Assembly (NCBI GenBank): GCA_965202805.1
Contig: OZ241869.1
Span: forward strand, 2,432,001-2,496,000
Origin: Longimicrobiales bacterium
Lineage (GTDB): Bacteria; Gemmatimonadota; Gemmatimonadetes; Longimicrobiales; Gaopeijiaceae
DNA length: 64,000 nt
Direction: 5' to 3'
The translations under genes were made by a program, and so were the position numbers. Below, piece after piece: positions 29,196 to 38,749 of the stretch (position 1 is the first letter of the stretch; the number at the start of each line of letters is the position of its first letter). The notes beneath the pieces are model-generated. The model was given only the letters and a program-made list of their open reading frames with translations. It did not search any database and was not told the DNA's origin.

Positions 29196-29355
29196 GGCTC
29201 TACTCCATTCCTCCGCAGCCAGTCCCGGATGCTGGCGACCGCCCCGGCATCGGTGCTCGGTCCACCAGCAAGGCCTCGATTCTCCGCCACGGTATGTTGC
29301 CGCTCACCGGGTGGCGGAAGATCGACTCCAAGGTTTTGCGGTGCCTGCGCTTCAT
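29192..29355 (-). pseudogene. hicA: HicA toxin, internally deleted and frameshifted
   Basis: N-part MKRRHRKTLESIFRHPVSGNIPWRRIEALLV joined out of frame to C-part PSTDAGAVASIRDWLRRNGVEP*, whose stop overlaps the hicB GTG. Confidence 0.85.
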
Positions 29356-29357
29356 GA

Positions 29358-29392
29358 AGTATGATATCGTGTTATGATACCGTTATCAATCA
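29358..29392. promoter_or_regulatory. AT-rich hicAB promoter/operator region
   Basis: atgatatcgt and tgata-ccgt-tatca dyads immediately upstream of the hicA ATG. Confidence 0.5.
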
Positions 29393-29466
29393 CCACTTAC
29401 GTAGAGCACCGGTTGCGTCACCTCCTTCGGTACGTCCCGTGATATGAGGCGAACGCTCATGGATCC

Positions 29467-30102
29467 ATGCCGGTGTTGAACTCATCCTTCCTCCTCGCCG
29501 CGTCGATGTGGTTCGGGATGATGGCCGCCATGATGCTGCCGGTGTCGATCCCGTGGGTGCGGGCGTTGATTTCGTTGAGCGACGGAGGCGGAGGCGTCCG
29601 AGCCGGGGTGCCGTCGGCACGGGAGCCGTGGGCCCGCGTCCGATCAGGGGCGCTGTTCCTGGCGGGCTACCTGTCGGTATGGCTGCTCTTCAGCCTGGCT
29701 GCGGCTACGGTGCAGCTGGGGACAGCGGCGGTCGTCCCGCTCGACCGCGATGGGCCGCTCGCGGGGTTCCTGCTGGTGGGCGCCGGCCTCTACCAGCTCT
29801 CACCGGTGAAGGCAGCCTGCCTGCGCCACTGCCGCAACCCGCTGACGTACTTCCTGACCCGCTGGCGGGACGGTCCGCGGGGGGCACTGGGGATGGGGTG
29901 GGGGCACGGCCTCTACTGCCTGGGTTGCTGCTGGGCACTCATGGCGCTGGCCCTCGTGCTGGGCGTGATGAACCTGCTCTGGATGGCCGTGCTGGCGGCG
30001 GTGGTGTGCGTCGAAAACCTCGCGCCGGGCGGGGCGGTGATCGGCCGGATCGCCGGGGTGGGGCTGGTGGTGTGGGGAGTGGTGGTGTGGGTGACCCCCT
30101 AA
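29467..30102 (+). CDS. DUF2182 predicted metal-binding integral membrane protein
   Basis: W..MMAAMMLP, FLAGYL.VW, YQLSPVKAACLRHCR.P, GLYCLGCCWALM, GVMNLLWM. Confidence 0.92.
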   Translation: MPVLNSSFLLAASMWFGMMAAMMLPVSIPWVRALISLSDGGGGVRAGVPSAREPWARVRSGALFLAGYLSVWLLFSLAAATVQLGTAAVVPLDRDGPLAGFLLVGAGLYQLSPVKAACLRHCRNPLTYFLTRWRDGPRGALGMGWGHGLYCLGCCWALMALALVLGVMNLLWMAVLAAVVCVENLAPGGAVIGRIAGVGLVVWGVVVWVTP

Positions 30103-32186
30103 GCCAGCAGCGACACCACCCGGTAGGTCACGAACGCCGCCGCCCACGCCAGCACCGTCATGTAGCCGAACTGGAGGGCCGGCCACTTCCAGCTCCCGGT
30201 CTCGCGCCGGGTCACGACGTTGGTGGGGAGGCACTGCATCGCAAGCACGAAGAAGACCAGCAGGGCCATCGCCGTCGCGGTGGTGAACACCGGGCTGCCG
30301 TCGGCGTGGCGCTGGGCGGCCAGGGTCGCGCTCAGAGTCTCTTCGTCCTCGGCGGCGTCCTCCCCGATGCCGTAGACGATGGCGAGCGTGGCGACGATGA
30401 CCTCGCGGGCGGCGAACGACGAGATGACCCCCACGTTGATCTTCCAGTCGAAGCCGAGGGGCGAGAACACGGGCTCCACCGCCTTGCCCACCCGCCCGGC
30501 CACCGAGTACTCCAGCTCGTAGGGCGAAATCAGCGCGCCCGCCTCCGCCTCCAGCGCCTCGGCCTCGGCCTCGCTGGCCGCAGTGGTCGCCGCGGTACGC
30601 AGACCCGCCACCTGGGCGATCGTCTCGGCCGGAACGACCGTGCTCCACGCGGATTCCTCCAGCTTGGGATAGGTCGCGAGCACCCAGAGCACGACCGAGA
30701 TCCCGAGGATGATGGTGCCCGCGCGCGTTACGAAGGCCCGGCCGCGATCGTACGCGGTCAACAGGGCGTTGCGCAGCGACGGCAACCGGTAGCGCGGCAG
30801 CTCGATGACCAGCGGGCTGGACGCGCCCGGGAGGATGGTGCTCTTGAAGACGAAGGCCATCCCGACCGCGGCGGTCATGCCCAGCAGGTAGGCGCCCGTG
30901 AACACCAGGCCGCCCACCACGGGGCGATCCGCGAAGAGCAGCGCCGTGATCATCACGTAGACCGGAAGGCGCGCGGTGCAGGTGAGCAGCGGGATCACCA
31001 GGATCGACACCAGGCGGTCGCGCCAGTTCTCGATCACCCGCGTGGACATGATCGCCGGGATCGCGCACGCGTGCGCCGAGAGCATGGGCACGAACGCGCG
31101 GCCCGGCAGCCCGACCCGGCTCATGGGGCGGTCGGCCACGAATGCGGCCCGCGCCAGATAGCCGCTGTCCTCCAGAAGCGTGATCAGGAAGAAGAGGAAG
31201 CAGATCTGCGGCAGGAAGACCAGCACCCCGCCGATCCCGCCGATCAGCCCGTTCACGACGAAGCTGTTCAGGTCTCCCGGGGGCAGAATGGCGCCGAACA
31301 CATCCCCGGCGAGGCCGAAGCCGGCCTCGATCCACGCCATCGGATACTGCGCCACCGTGAAGATCGAGATGAAGACGGCCGCCATGATGAGCACGAAACC
31401 GGCCACCCCGTGGATCGGATGGGTCAGCCAGCGATCGATGGCCTCGGTAAGGCGCAGCGACATCAGGCGGGCACCCTTCGCCGCCCGAACCGCCCGCGCG
31501 CCCACCTCTTCCGCCCAGTCGTAGCGCGCCTCGTGCGGGCAGGTCGTGCACGTGCCGCACGCCGCGATGCCTTCCGGGAGCGCCGGCATCGCGTCCGGCC
31601 CCGAATCCAGCACGTAGGCGAGCTCCCGCTTGAGCAGATCGAAGCCGTGTCCCGAGCGCGAATTGACGGCAACCACGGGCGAGCCGAGCTCGACCGCCAG
31701 CGAATCGGTGTCGATCTCCAGGCCGTCCGCCCTGGCCAGGTCGATCATGTTGAGGGCGATGACCATGGGTACGCCCAGCTCCCGCACCTGTCCCGCCAGG
31801 TAGAGGTTGCGGGCGAGGTTGGTGGCGTCGACCACGACGATGGCCGCCTGCGGCCTGGGGCGTCCGGAGAGCTTCCCCAGGAGGGCGTCCCGCGCCACGC
31901 GCTCCTCGGTCTTGTGCTCGGACATCGCGTAGAGGCCCGGCAGGTCGAGGAGCTGGATTGACTTCCCGTTCAGCGGAAAGCTGCCCAGCCGCACGGAGGT
32001 GGTGGTGCCGGCGAAGTTGGCGGTCTTGCCGCGCATGCCGGTGAGCTGGTTGAAGAGCGTGGTCTTGCCCGCGTTGGGATTGCCCGCCAGCGCAACCGTG
32101 ACCGGGACCGCGGCACGCGCGGGAAGAACCGGGAGGGAGACGGGGCTCACGTGTCGTCCGGGCTCACGCGCCCTGGTGCCGCTCAT
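30099..32186 (-). CDS. feoB: Ferrous iron transporter B
   Basis: G1 GNPNAGKT, G3 DLPG, G4 NMID; LEDSGYLARAAF, CAIPA, CTARLPVY, SFAARE, gate domains. Confidence 0.97.
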   Translation of the reverse strand: MSGTRAREPGRHVSPVSLPVLPARAAVPVTVALAGNPNAGKTTLFNQLTGMRGKTANFAGTTTSVRLGSFPLNGKSIQLLDLPGLYAMSEHKTEERVARDALLGKLSGRPRPQAAIVVVDATNLARNLYLAGQVRELGVPMVIALNMIDLARADGLEIDTDSLAVELGSPVVAVNSRSGHGFDLLKRELAYVLDSGPDAMPALPEGIAACGTCTTCPHEARYDWAEEVGARAVRAAKGARLMSLRLTEAIDRWLTHPIHGVAGFVLIMAAVFISIFTVAQYPMAWIEAGFGLAGDVFGAILPPGDLNSFVVNGLIGGIGGVLVFLPQICFLFFLITLLEDSGYLARAAFVADRPMSRVGLPGRAFVPMLSAHACAIPAIMSTRVIENWRDRLVSILVIPLLTCTARLPVYVMITALLFADRPVVGGLVFTGAYLLGMTAAVGMAFVFKSTILPGASSPLVIELPRYRLPSLRNALLTAYDRGRAFVTRAGTIILGISVVLWVLATYPKLEESAWSTVVPAETIAQVAGLRTAATTAASEAEAEALEAEAGALISPYELEYSVAGRVGKAVEPVFSPLGFDWKINVGVISSFAAREVIVATLAIVYGIGEDAAEDEETLSATLAAQRHADGSPVFTTATAMALLVFFVLAMQCLPTNVVTRRETGSWKWPALQFGYMTVLAWAAAFVTYRVVSLLA

Positions 32187-32481
32187 GGCACGGGACGCCG
32201 TCGTCGGGACGCAGGAAGACGTGGCCCGCCAGCCGCCTCGCGATCCCCAGGCGTGTTCCCATGACGCTTACGATCATCGGATCGCCCGCCTTGATCACGT
32301 GCAGGCGGCGTCCCAGGCACACGCCCATCGTCTTGAGGCGCTCGATGTCCTCATGATCCCCGTCGATGTCGCAGATCAGGCCGCACTCCCCGGCGGAGAG
32401 CCGGGTGGCGGCGAGGCTCTGACCGGGATCCGGGACCTGCTCCGGGCCGGCTGGATGGATGGGCGCTTGGAGTGGGGGCAC
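32164..32481 (-). CDS. feoA: Ferrous iron transport protein A
   Basis: LSAGECGLI...ERLKTMGVCLGRRLHVIKAGDPMIVSVMGTRLGI; start uncertain (GTG 32481 or ATG 32523). Confidence 0.88.
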   Translation of the reverse strand: MPPLQAPIHPAGPEQVPDPGQSLAATRLSAGECGLICDIDGDHEDIERLKTMGVCLGRRLHVIKAGDPMIVSVMGTRLGIARRLAGHVFLRPDDGVPCHERHQGA

Positions 32482-32504
32482 GGTTGAGCTCGGCGTCGGG
32501 TGAG

Positions 32505-32523
32505 TTATGAGAATCATTCTCAT
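32505..32523. promoter_or_regulatory. Fur-box-like palindrome upstream of feoAB
   Basis: atgagaat-c-attctcat perfect 8-1-8 inverted repeat (32507-32523), close to the Fur 7-1-7 TGATAATnATTATCA consensus. Confidence 0.8.
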
Positions 32524-32762
32524 CCGCAGGGAGCGAAGAAGCAAGGGGTGGCGGTGCGGGCAGCCGCGGCGCGCGCGCATGTCGGCACGGGAACCGTGCG
32601 GGCCCAACGCGCGACTCAGGCCTGCGGGCGTGCGGATGGCTGTGTGGGCACAATCGAGTGTCGCACGCCGCACCACAGCGCCGTAAGTTGCCCGGTTGAA
32701 GGTGAGGCGCGCCGTGGACCGGGGTTGAAGCGCCATCATTGGGCCCTGACAGGGGGATTGAG

Positions 32763-34394
32763 ATGTCAGAGAAGAGAAAGAGCGGGATCGAGCGAAGGCG
32801 TTTCCTGGGGATGGCCGCGGCAGGGGTCGCCGCCGGGGGCCTCCGCCCGGAGATCGTCCTGGGTGAGGAGCGTCTTCCGCCCGAAGCCGCGGCCCGGCTG
32901 CTCCAGGAGGCCCAGGAACCTGAGCTGCCGCCGCTCGGCAACGGCGAGCCGCCGGCAACCCAGTTCCAGGCGTATCCCGGAGGCACGGGATCGCTGCTGG
33001 AGAAGCTGTGGAGGGACACTGGAGGGTCCCCCTTCGAGCGGCACGAGATCGAGATCGGGCCCTGGCCGGGACCGGCCCCGACCGATCCCCGGGAGATCGC
33101 CTTCCTTCCCGCGCATCGGCTGGGCGCCCTCATTCGCGAGCGCAAGATCACGTCCGAGGAACTCACCGAGATCTATCTGGACCGGATGAAACGTCACGAC
33201 CCGACGCTGTTGTGCGCGGTGAGCATCCTGGAGGACCGGGCCCGCGAGGAGGCGAAGCGCGCCGACGCCGATCTGCGCGCCGGACGCTGGCGGGGGCCGC
33301 TGCACGGGGTGCCGTGGGGCGTGAAGGATCTCTTCGCCGTGCGCGGAACCCGCACCACCTGGGGATCCGCCGATTTCCAGGATCAGGTGATCGACGAGGA
33401 CTCGGAGCTGGTGGTGCGGCTGCGCGAGGCGGGCGCCGTCCTGATCGCCAAGCTCGCGACCGGGCAGTTCGCATCGGGCGACAACTGGTACCGGGGCGAG
33501 ACGAAGAACCCTTGGAACCCCGAGCAGGGTTCGAGCGGTTCGTCGGCGGGACCGGGCTCTGCCACGGCGGCGGGGCTGGTCGGCTTTTCCATCGGCACCG
33601 AGACCCAGGGCTCGATCGTGAGCCCATCGCGGCGCAACGGGCTGAGCGGCCTGCGGCCGACCTTCGGACGCATCTCGCGTCACGGCGGCATGGTGCTCTC
33701 CTGGACGATGGACAAGCCCGGGCCCATGTGCCGCACCGTCGAGGACTGCGCGCTCGTGTTCAACGCCATCCACGGGGCGGACCCCAAGGATCCCGGGACG
33801 CTGACCGCGCCCTTCCGCTTCGAGCGCGACCCGGACCTGTCCCGGTTGCGCATCGGCTTCACCGAGGATGCGCCTGAAGCCTTCGTGGCGAAGCTGGCGG
33901 AACTCGGAGCCGACCCGCAGCCCATGGCGGAACTGCCCGAGGGCGGCTCCAACTCGCTCGGCGTCGAGTCGTCGGCCGCCTTCGACTTCCATGTGGCGCC
34001 CGGAGGCGTGCTGGAGCAGGTCCCCGAGCCCCAGGAGGGAGAGGAAGCCCGCCCGCCCCGGTTCCATCGCGGACGTGACATCCTGGCCCTCGACTACGTC
34101 CAGTCGCTCAGGCGCCGCCACATCCTGATGAAGGAGATGGCCGAGGCGATGGAGGGGTTCGACATGTTCGTAACCGGATCCGGCGAGGTGCGGCTCACGA
34201 ACCAGACCGGACATCCGGCTGTGGTGCTGCCCTACGACTTCGGCGACGGCAACACCGAGGACGACTTCGACCACGAACAGCCGATCTGCACCACGATCAT
34301 CGGCGACCTGTTCGCGGACGACAGGATTCTGAGCGTGGGGCACGCCTACCAGTCGGCGACCGACTGGCATCGGCTGCATCCGGATCTGGCGTAG
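32763..34394 (+). CDS. Tat-exported amidase
   Basis: ERRRFLG twin-Arg; GVPWGVKDL, GSSGSSAG, GTETQGSIVSPS. Confidence 0.92.
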   Translation: MSEKRKSGIERRRFLGMAAAGVAAGGLRPEIVLGEERLPPEAAARLLQEAQEPELPPLGNGEPPATQFQAYPGGTGSLLEKLWRDTGGSPFERHEIEIGPWPGPAPTDPREIAFLPAHRLGALIRERKITSEELTEIYLDRMKRHDPTLLCAVSILEDRAREEAKRADADLRAGRWRGPLHGVPWGVKDLFAVRGTRTTWGSADFQDQVIDEDSELVVRLREAGAVLIAKLATGQFASGDNWYRGETKNPWNPEQGSSGSSAGPGSATAAGLVGFSIGTETQGSIVSPSRRNGLSGLRPTFGRISRHGGMVLSWTMDKPGPMCRTVEDCALVFNAIHGADPKDPGTLTAPFRFERDPDLSRLRIGFTEDAPEAFVAKLAELGADPQPMAELPEGGSNSLGVESSAAFDFHVAPGGVLEQVPEPQEGEEARPPRFHRGRDILALDYVQSLRRRHILMKEMAEAMEGFDMFVTGSGEVRLTNQTGHPAVVLPYDFGDGNTEDDFDHEQPICTTIIGDLFADDRILSVGHAYQSATDWHRLHPDLA

Positions 34395-34397
34395 GGA

Positions 34398-35249
34398 CTA
34401 CCAGCGGCGCCCGAGGGTCCGGGCGCGGGTTGCCCACAGCGAGCGGCTGGCCAGCCCGAGCAGCTTGCGGGTGATGAGTTCGCCGTCCAGGCGGATGGCG
34501 GCCAGGATCGCTGCGGCCTCGGCGGGGGAGAGTGCTTCCCCGCCTTCCAGGTCGACGACGGTCTCCTCTTCGCCGAGCATGCCCGGCGGCGCCATGATCT
34601 CGCCGGACTCGCCTTCGGCCCGGGTGTCGTCCCCGGTCAGTTCGGCGTCGGAGAAGGCTTCGCCCGTCTGGACCCCGCGACGCGCACCGGTGTCGAGGGA
34701 GTCGAGCATGCGGCGGGCGAAGGCGAGGTTCCACGCGGCCTCCTCGCGGCCCGGGCTCAGGCGCAGGGCGTTGCGGTTCTCCTCCATCGCGGCCACGACG
34801 TGGACCAGGGCGGAGTCGGAAGAGGGCGCGGCGATGGCGGCGCGCAGGCTGGCCACGCCCAGGTTGTACCAGGCGAGGGAGCGCAGTTCGTCGTCGGGGC
34901 TGGCCGCGCCGCGGGAGAGCCGGGCGCGGGCGTCGGGTGCATTGGCCAATTCGAGGAGGGTGGTGCCCAGGTTGTAGTGGAGGTGGGGGGCGGGAGGGGT
35001 TGCGGAGGGTGCCGGCCCCGTGTCGGGAGCCGGGTTTTCCGGCGCGGCGGGAGACTCGGCGGCAACGTCGCCCGGGGCCACCGCGGTTTCTTCCTGCAGG
35101 CGCGCGCGATAGATGCGGGCGGCCGTGCTCCAGTCGCCGCGGCGGTGCAGCCGGTTGGCGCGTTCCTCGCTGGCGCGCTCGGCGACGACGACCGCGGTGA
35201 GTGCGGCGGCCAGGGCGGCCGTGACCACCAGACGGGTGCGGGTGGTCAT
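34398..35249 (-). CDS. BatC-like TPR protein
   Basis: N-terminal TM; HYNLG / WYNLG TPRs; ALRL.P..EEAAWNL; LSPAEAAAIL and terminal RRW; last gene of Bat operon. Confidence 0.75.
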   Translation of the reverse strand: MTTRTRLVVTAALAAALTAVVVAERASEERANRLHRRGDWSTAARIYRARLQEETAVAPGDVAAESPAAPENPAPDTGPAPSATPPAPHLHYNLGTTLLELANAPDARARLSRGAASPDDELRSLAWYNLGVASLRAAIAAPSSDSALVHVVAAMEENRNALRLSPGREEAAWNLAFARRMLDSLDTGARRGVQTGEAFSDAELTGDDTRAEGESGEIMAPPGMLGEEETVVDLEGGEALSPAEAAAILAAIRLDGELITRKLLGLASRSLWATRARTLGRRW

Positions 35250-36307
35250 GGACGCAGCCATTGTGGAAGCCCGCGGGGACGGGGTCGCGGGACGGTCGCC
35301 GGCCGCAAGCGCGCGGTGCCCGGGCGGTCCATCAGCCCGTCGGCGGCGACCAGCACGAGCCCGAGGAGGATCAGCCAGGTCACCGGGTCGCCTGGGCCGC
35401 CGCTTCCTTCACCGTCCTCGGGAGCGCGACGGAAGCGGGCGGCCAGTTCGGCCAGGCCGCGGTCGTCGGATACGTCCAGGTAGCCGCCCCCGCCGGCGCG
35501 GGCGACACCCCGCAGCAGCCGTTCATTGAGCCGCGAGACCACCGGTGCCCCGCCCGCGTCCGTGACCGCAGCGCCCGCGCCGTCCCCTCCCAGCCCCGCC
35601 CCCTCCGCCGTGCCGATCCCCGCGACCCAGATGCTCAGGTCACCCGCCGCCGCCAGGGCCGCGCTGTCCGCCACGGCGAACTCGTCCTCGTGCGCCTCGC
35701 CGTCGGTCACCAGGAGGATTACGCGCTCCCTGCCCTCCTCGCGGCGCGCGTCGAGCTGCCGATGCGCCTCGCCGATGGCCGCGCTCACACGGGTGCCCTG
35801 GTCGCGCTCGCCCAGAAAGTTCTCCGCCAGCGAGTCGGCGAAGAAACGCACCACCTGCTGGTCCTCGGTAATCGGGGCGAGCGTGTGGGACCAGTCGGCG
35901 AACACCACCAGGCCGACGCGCTCGCCCGGAAGTGCGTCCAGGAGCGCGCCGACCACCTCCCTGGCGCGGCTCATCCGCCCGCCCGGCAGGTCCCGCGCCC
36001 CCATCGAAGCGGAAATGTCCAGCGCAACCACCACGTCCACCGGGCGCGAGGCGTTCAGGCTGATCCCGGGCCCGAAGCGGACCCCGGCGGCCGCGAGGAC
36101 CATCACGGTCACCGCCAGGCCGAGCACGCGGAGACGCCGTCGGGGAAAGTCCACCAGGACGCGGCTGGTGAGACGCCCGGCGGCCTCTGCTCCCCCGAAC
36201 CCCTCTGCCAGTCGGCGCAACCGCCGGGTCGTGCGGGCCAGCGCGAAAGCCGCCAGACCGAGCACGACCGGAAGGAGAAGCAGGAGCTCCGGGCGCGCGA
36301 AGGTCAT
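35246..36307 (-). CDS. batB: BatB-like VWA domain protein
   Basis: MTFARPE BatA-type N-terminus; MIDAS DISAS; RVGLVVFA; LVTDGE; SRLNERLL. Confidence 0.85.
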   Translation of the reverse strand: MTFARPELLLLLPVVLGLAAFALARTTRRLRRLAEGFGGAEAAGRLTSRVLVDFPRRRLRVLGLAVTVMVLAAAGVRFGPGISLNASRPVDVVVALDISASMGARDLPGGRMSRAREVVGALLDALPGERVGLVVFADWSHTLAPITEDQQVVRFFADSLAENFLGERDQGTRVSAAIGEAHRQLDARREEGRERVILLVTDGEAHEDEFAVADSAALAAAGDLSIWVAGIGTAEGAGLGGDGAGAAVTDAGGAPVVSRLNERLLRGVARAGGGGYLDVSDDRGLAELAARFRRAPEDGEGSGGPGDPVTWLILLGLVLVAADGLMDRPGTARLRPATVPRPRPRGLPQWLRP

Positions 36308-36314
36308 GGCGTCC

Positions 36315-37292
36315 TCACGGCAGCACCGCCCAGCGCGAGGCGCGCACCCCGACCGCCCCCAACAGCATCGCCAGCGCCCCGGCGACCAGCCAGAAGCGGA
36401 AGGGCACCAGGGCTGTGGTGAGGCGCATCTCTCGCGAGGTCGTCTCCAGGCGGTCGATCTCCAGGTAGATCGAGTCCAGCGCGACCACGTCCGCCGCCGA
36501 GAAGTAGCGCCCTCCCGTGATGCGCGCGGCCTGGGTGAGCACGGTCTCCATGCGCTGGCGCCGGGTTGGAGCGCTGGCGCCCCCCGCGGCGGTACCCGGC
36601 TCGGGGGGATCGGGCCGGCCGATCGCGACCGGGTAGATGCGCACGCCCACGGCCGCGGCCGCGCCCGCGGCCATCGCGGGCACCAGGCCGTCGCGGTTGT
36701 GCGCACCGTCGGTGACCAGCACCAGCACCTTCGAGTCGTGAGGGGCGGCATCCAGCAGCGCCGCGCCCGCGGCGATCGCGCCCGCGATGTCGGTGCCGTC
36801 GATGAGCAGCCCTACCTCCATCCCGTCCACGGCGTGTTCCACCAGATAGCGGTCGCGGGTGAGGGGCAGCCGGGTGAGCGCCTCGCCCGCGAAGGTGACC
36901 AGGCCGATGGCGTCATCGCGCCCCGCCACGAAGCGCTTGGCCGCGGCCTTGGCGGCCTCCAGCCGGGTGGCCGAGCCCTCCATGTCGTCGGCCCACATCG
37001 ACGTGGACAGATCCACCGCCACAACGATCCCCGTGCCGCCCTCCACCGGTTCTTCGTGGGCCGTGATCAGGCGCGGGTGGGCGAGCGCGACGATCAGGCA
37101 GGACAGCGCGGCGGCGCGAAGCACGCGCGGGAGTGCATCCACGGCGGCCCAGACCCGGCTCCCCCGCAACGGCACCAACCCGGCTGACGCCAGGAGCAAT
37201 CCGGAGGCGCGCCGCGCCCGGATCCACCACAGCCAGAGGGGCACGAGGGCCAGCAGAACCAGCCACTCCGGGCGCGCCAGCTGGATGCTCAT
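36315..37292 (-). CDS. batA: BatA-like VWA domain protein
   Basis: LARPEWL; ALAHP; MIDAS DLSTS; IGLVTFAG; GTDIAGAI; LVTDG; TGGRYF; IY.EIDRLE. Confidence 0.9.
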   Translation of the reverse strand: MSIQLARPEWLVLLALVPLWLWWIRARRASGLLLASAGLVPLRGSRVWAAVDALPRVLRAAALSCLIVALAHPRLITAHEEPVEGGTGIVVAVDLSTSMWADDMEGSATRLEAAKAAAKRFVAGRDDAIGLVTFAGEALTRLPLTRDRYLVEHAVDGMEVGLLIDGTDIAGAIAAGAALLDAAPHDSKVLVLVTDGAHNRDGLVPAMAAGAAAAVGVRIYPVAIGRPDPPEPGTAAGGASAPTRRQRMETVLTQAARITGGRYFSAADVVALDSIYLEIDRLETTSREMRLTTALVPFRFWLVAGALAMLLGAVGVRASRWAVLP

Positions 37293-38749
37293 TCGGGGCC
37301 TCCGGTCGAGCTCGCTTCGCCGGGGATGTCGCCGCCGGACCTGTCTGACGGGCCGTCCCGGTCCGGCTCGATCCCGGTCGACCGGTCGTCGCCGGCGACA
37401 TCTTCCGGATTCGTCGATCGCCCGCCATGGCTCGACCGTGGCTCGGTCACCGCCGTTCCATCGTCCGGTTCCCCCGCGATCTCATCCCGCATCCGCGCGA
37501 ACGCCGGTGCCTGCCCGGAGGCGTCGACCCACGCCCGCATCGTCGCCCAGTCGCGCTCGGCCGTGGCCGCGGCACCCTCGCGTACGCTCGCGGCGTCGTT
37601 CCGCACGGCGGCGGTTGCAGCAAACTTCGCCACCTCCCCCCGACCCATCGCGCGCGCCAGGGCGTCCGGGTCGGGCCAACCCGGCGCGGCGGAAAGGTCG
37701 CGCATGAGCTCCGTGCTGGTCCGGCTGCGATCCCAGGCGGGATCGAAGTGCGCCACGTATTCGCGCAACGCGTCGCCTGCTCCCTCGTAGAAGTCGCGCA
37801 GCCGTCCCGCCCGGTGGTGGCCGCGCGCACGCACCCGGTCGAGTTGGGCGAGCGCCCGGTCCCTCCACTCCTCCGGCGTCTCCGGCAGGGTCTCCACCTG
37901 AACCGCAGCCGCCGCGCGCGCCGCCAGCCACTCCCGCGCCTGCACCGTTCCCACGCCGAGCAGCAACAGGGACAGCAGCGAGGCGCCCAGCACGGCCGGG
38001 ACGTTCCAGCTGAAACCGACCACGTCGGCGGGCGGTCTCGGTTCGAGACCCCGTGCGATGTCGTCCAGCAGCACCGGAGAGGTCACGAACACCCGCCGGC
38101 CGGCGACCACCAGGCGGTCCCGCGGGCGCTCCTCCGCGCCTGAGGCCCCCTGGATGCCGGACGGTTCGCCCGCAGCGACCGCCTCGCCCGGTTCATCCGG
38201 ACTGGCCGGCTCCACCCCGCCAACCGCGTCTCGCGCACTCGGCCGCCGCTGGCCGGAGTCCGCACCGACCATCGGACCCGACCGGACGCCGTTCTGTGTA
38301 TTTTGCGTATTTTGCGTAATTTGTGTAATCTGGGTCCCAACCGGGTCGCCCTCTCGCGGCCCATCCTCCACGCCAACGCGCGCTCTGCCCACCTCCGCTT
38401 CCCCACTCGTCATCTCCAGTTGAGGCGTCGCCGCCAGCCCGATCTCGAAGGGAATCAGGTCGTACTCGAGCGCGACCTGGAGAGACCCGTCCCCCGCCTC
38501 CACCACATCGATCCGCACTGGCTGCAGGCTCTCGACGCCCCACTCGGGAAGAAGGGTTGCGGGCACCCGCAGATCCCCGCCGGGAGGCACGTAGACGCTC
38601 GTGTGGAGCGTGAAGGGATCCCCCAGTTCCACGGTGTCGGGGGACACGCGCACCGCCTGAACCGCCGCCCGCTCCTGCATGGCGTGCGCGCCCGCAGCCA
38701 ACATCCCCAGGGACGCGATCAAGGCCACCGCACCGACCCAGGCCTTCAT
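37289..38749 (-). CDS. Bat-operon associated protein (BatD-like Ig domain, TM helix, helical C-terminus)
   Basis: Signal peptide; PDTVELGDPF; TM; C-terminal FYE...DALREY...TSTEL...AKFA pattern; low-complexity insertion. Confidence 0.7.
   Translation of the reverse strand: MKAWVGAVALIASLGMLAAGAHAMQERAAVQAVRVSPDTVELGDPFTLHTSVYVPPGGDLRVPATLLPEWGVESLQPVRIDVVEAGDGSLQVALEYDLIPFEIGLAATPQLEMTSGEAEVGRARVGVEDGPREGDPVGTQITQITQNTQNTQNGVRSGPMVGADSGQRRPSARDAVGGVEPASPDEPGEAVAAGEPSGIQGASGAEERPRDRLVVAGRRVFVTSPVLLDDIARGLEPRPPADVVGFSWNVPAVLGASLLSLLLLGVGTVQAREWLAARAAAAVQVETLPETPEEWRDRALAQLDRVRARGHHRAGRLRDFYEGAGDALREYVAHFDPAWDRSRTSTELMRDLSAAPGWPDPDALARAMGRGEVAKFAATAAVRNDAASVREGAAATAERDWATMRAWVDASGQAPAFARMRDEIAGEPDDGTAVTEPRSSHGGRSTNPEDVAGDDRSTGIEPDRDGPSDRSGGDIPGEASSTGGPE
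38292..38336. repeat. Five-copy degenerate 9-bp AT-rich tandem repeat inside a CDS (TQI/TQN)
   Basis: ttctgtgta ttttgcgta ttttgcgta atttgtgta atctgggtc. Confidence 0.85.

Noticed and set aside
28725..29460. hicAB segment as an IS or transposon
   Set aside because: No transposase, terminal inverted repeats or target-site duplication visible
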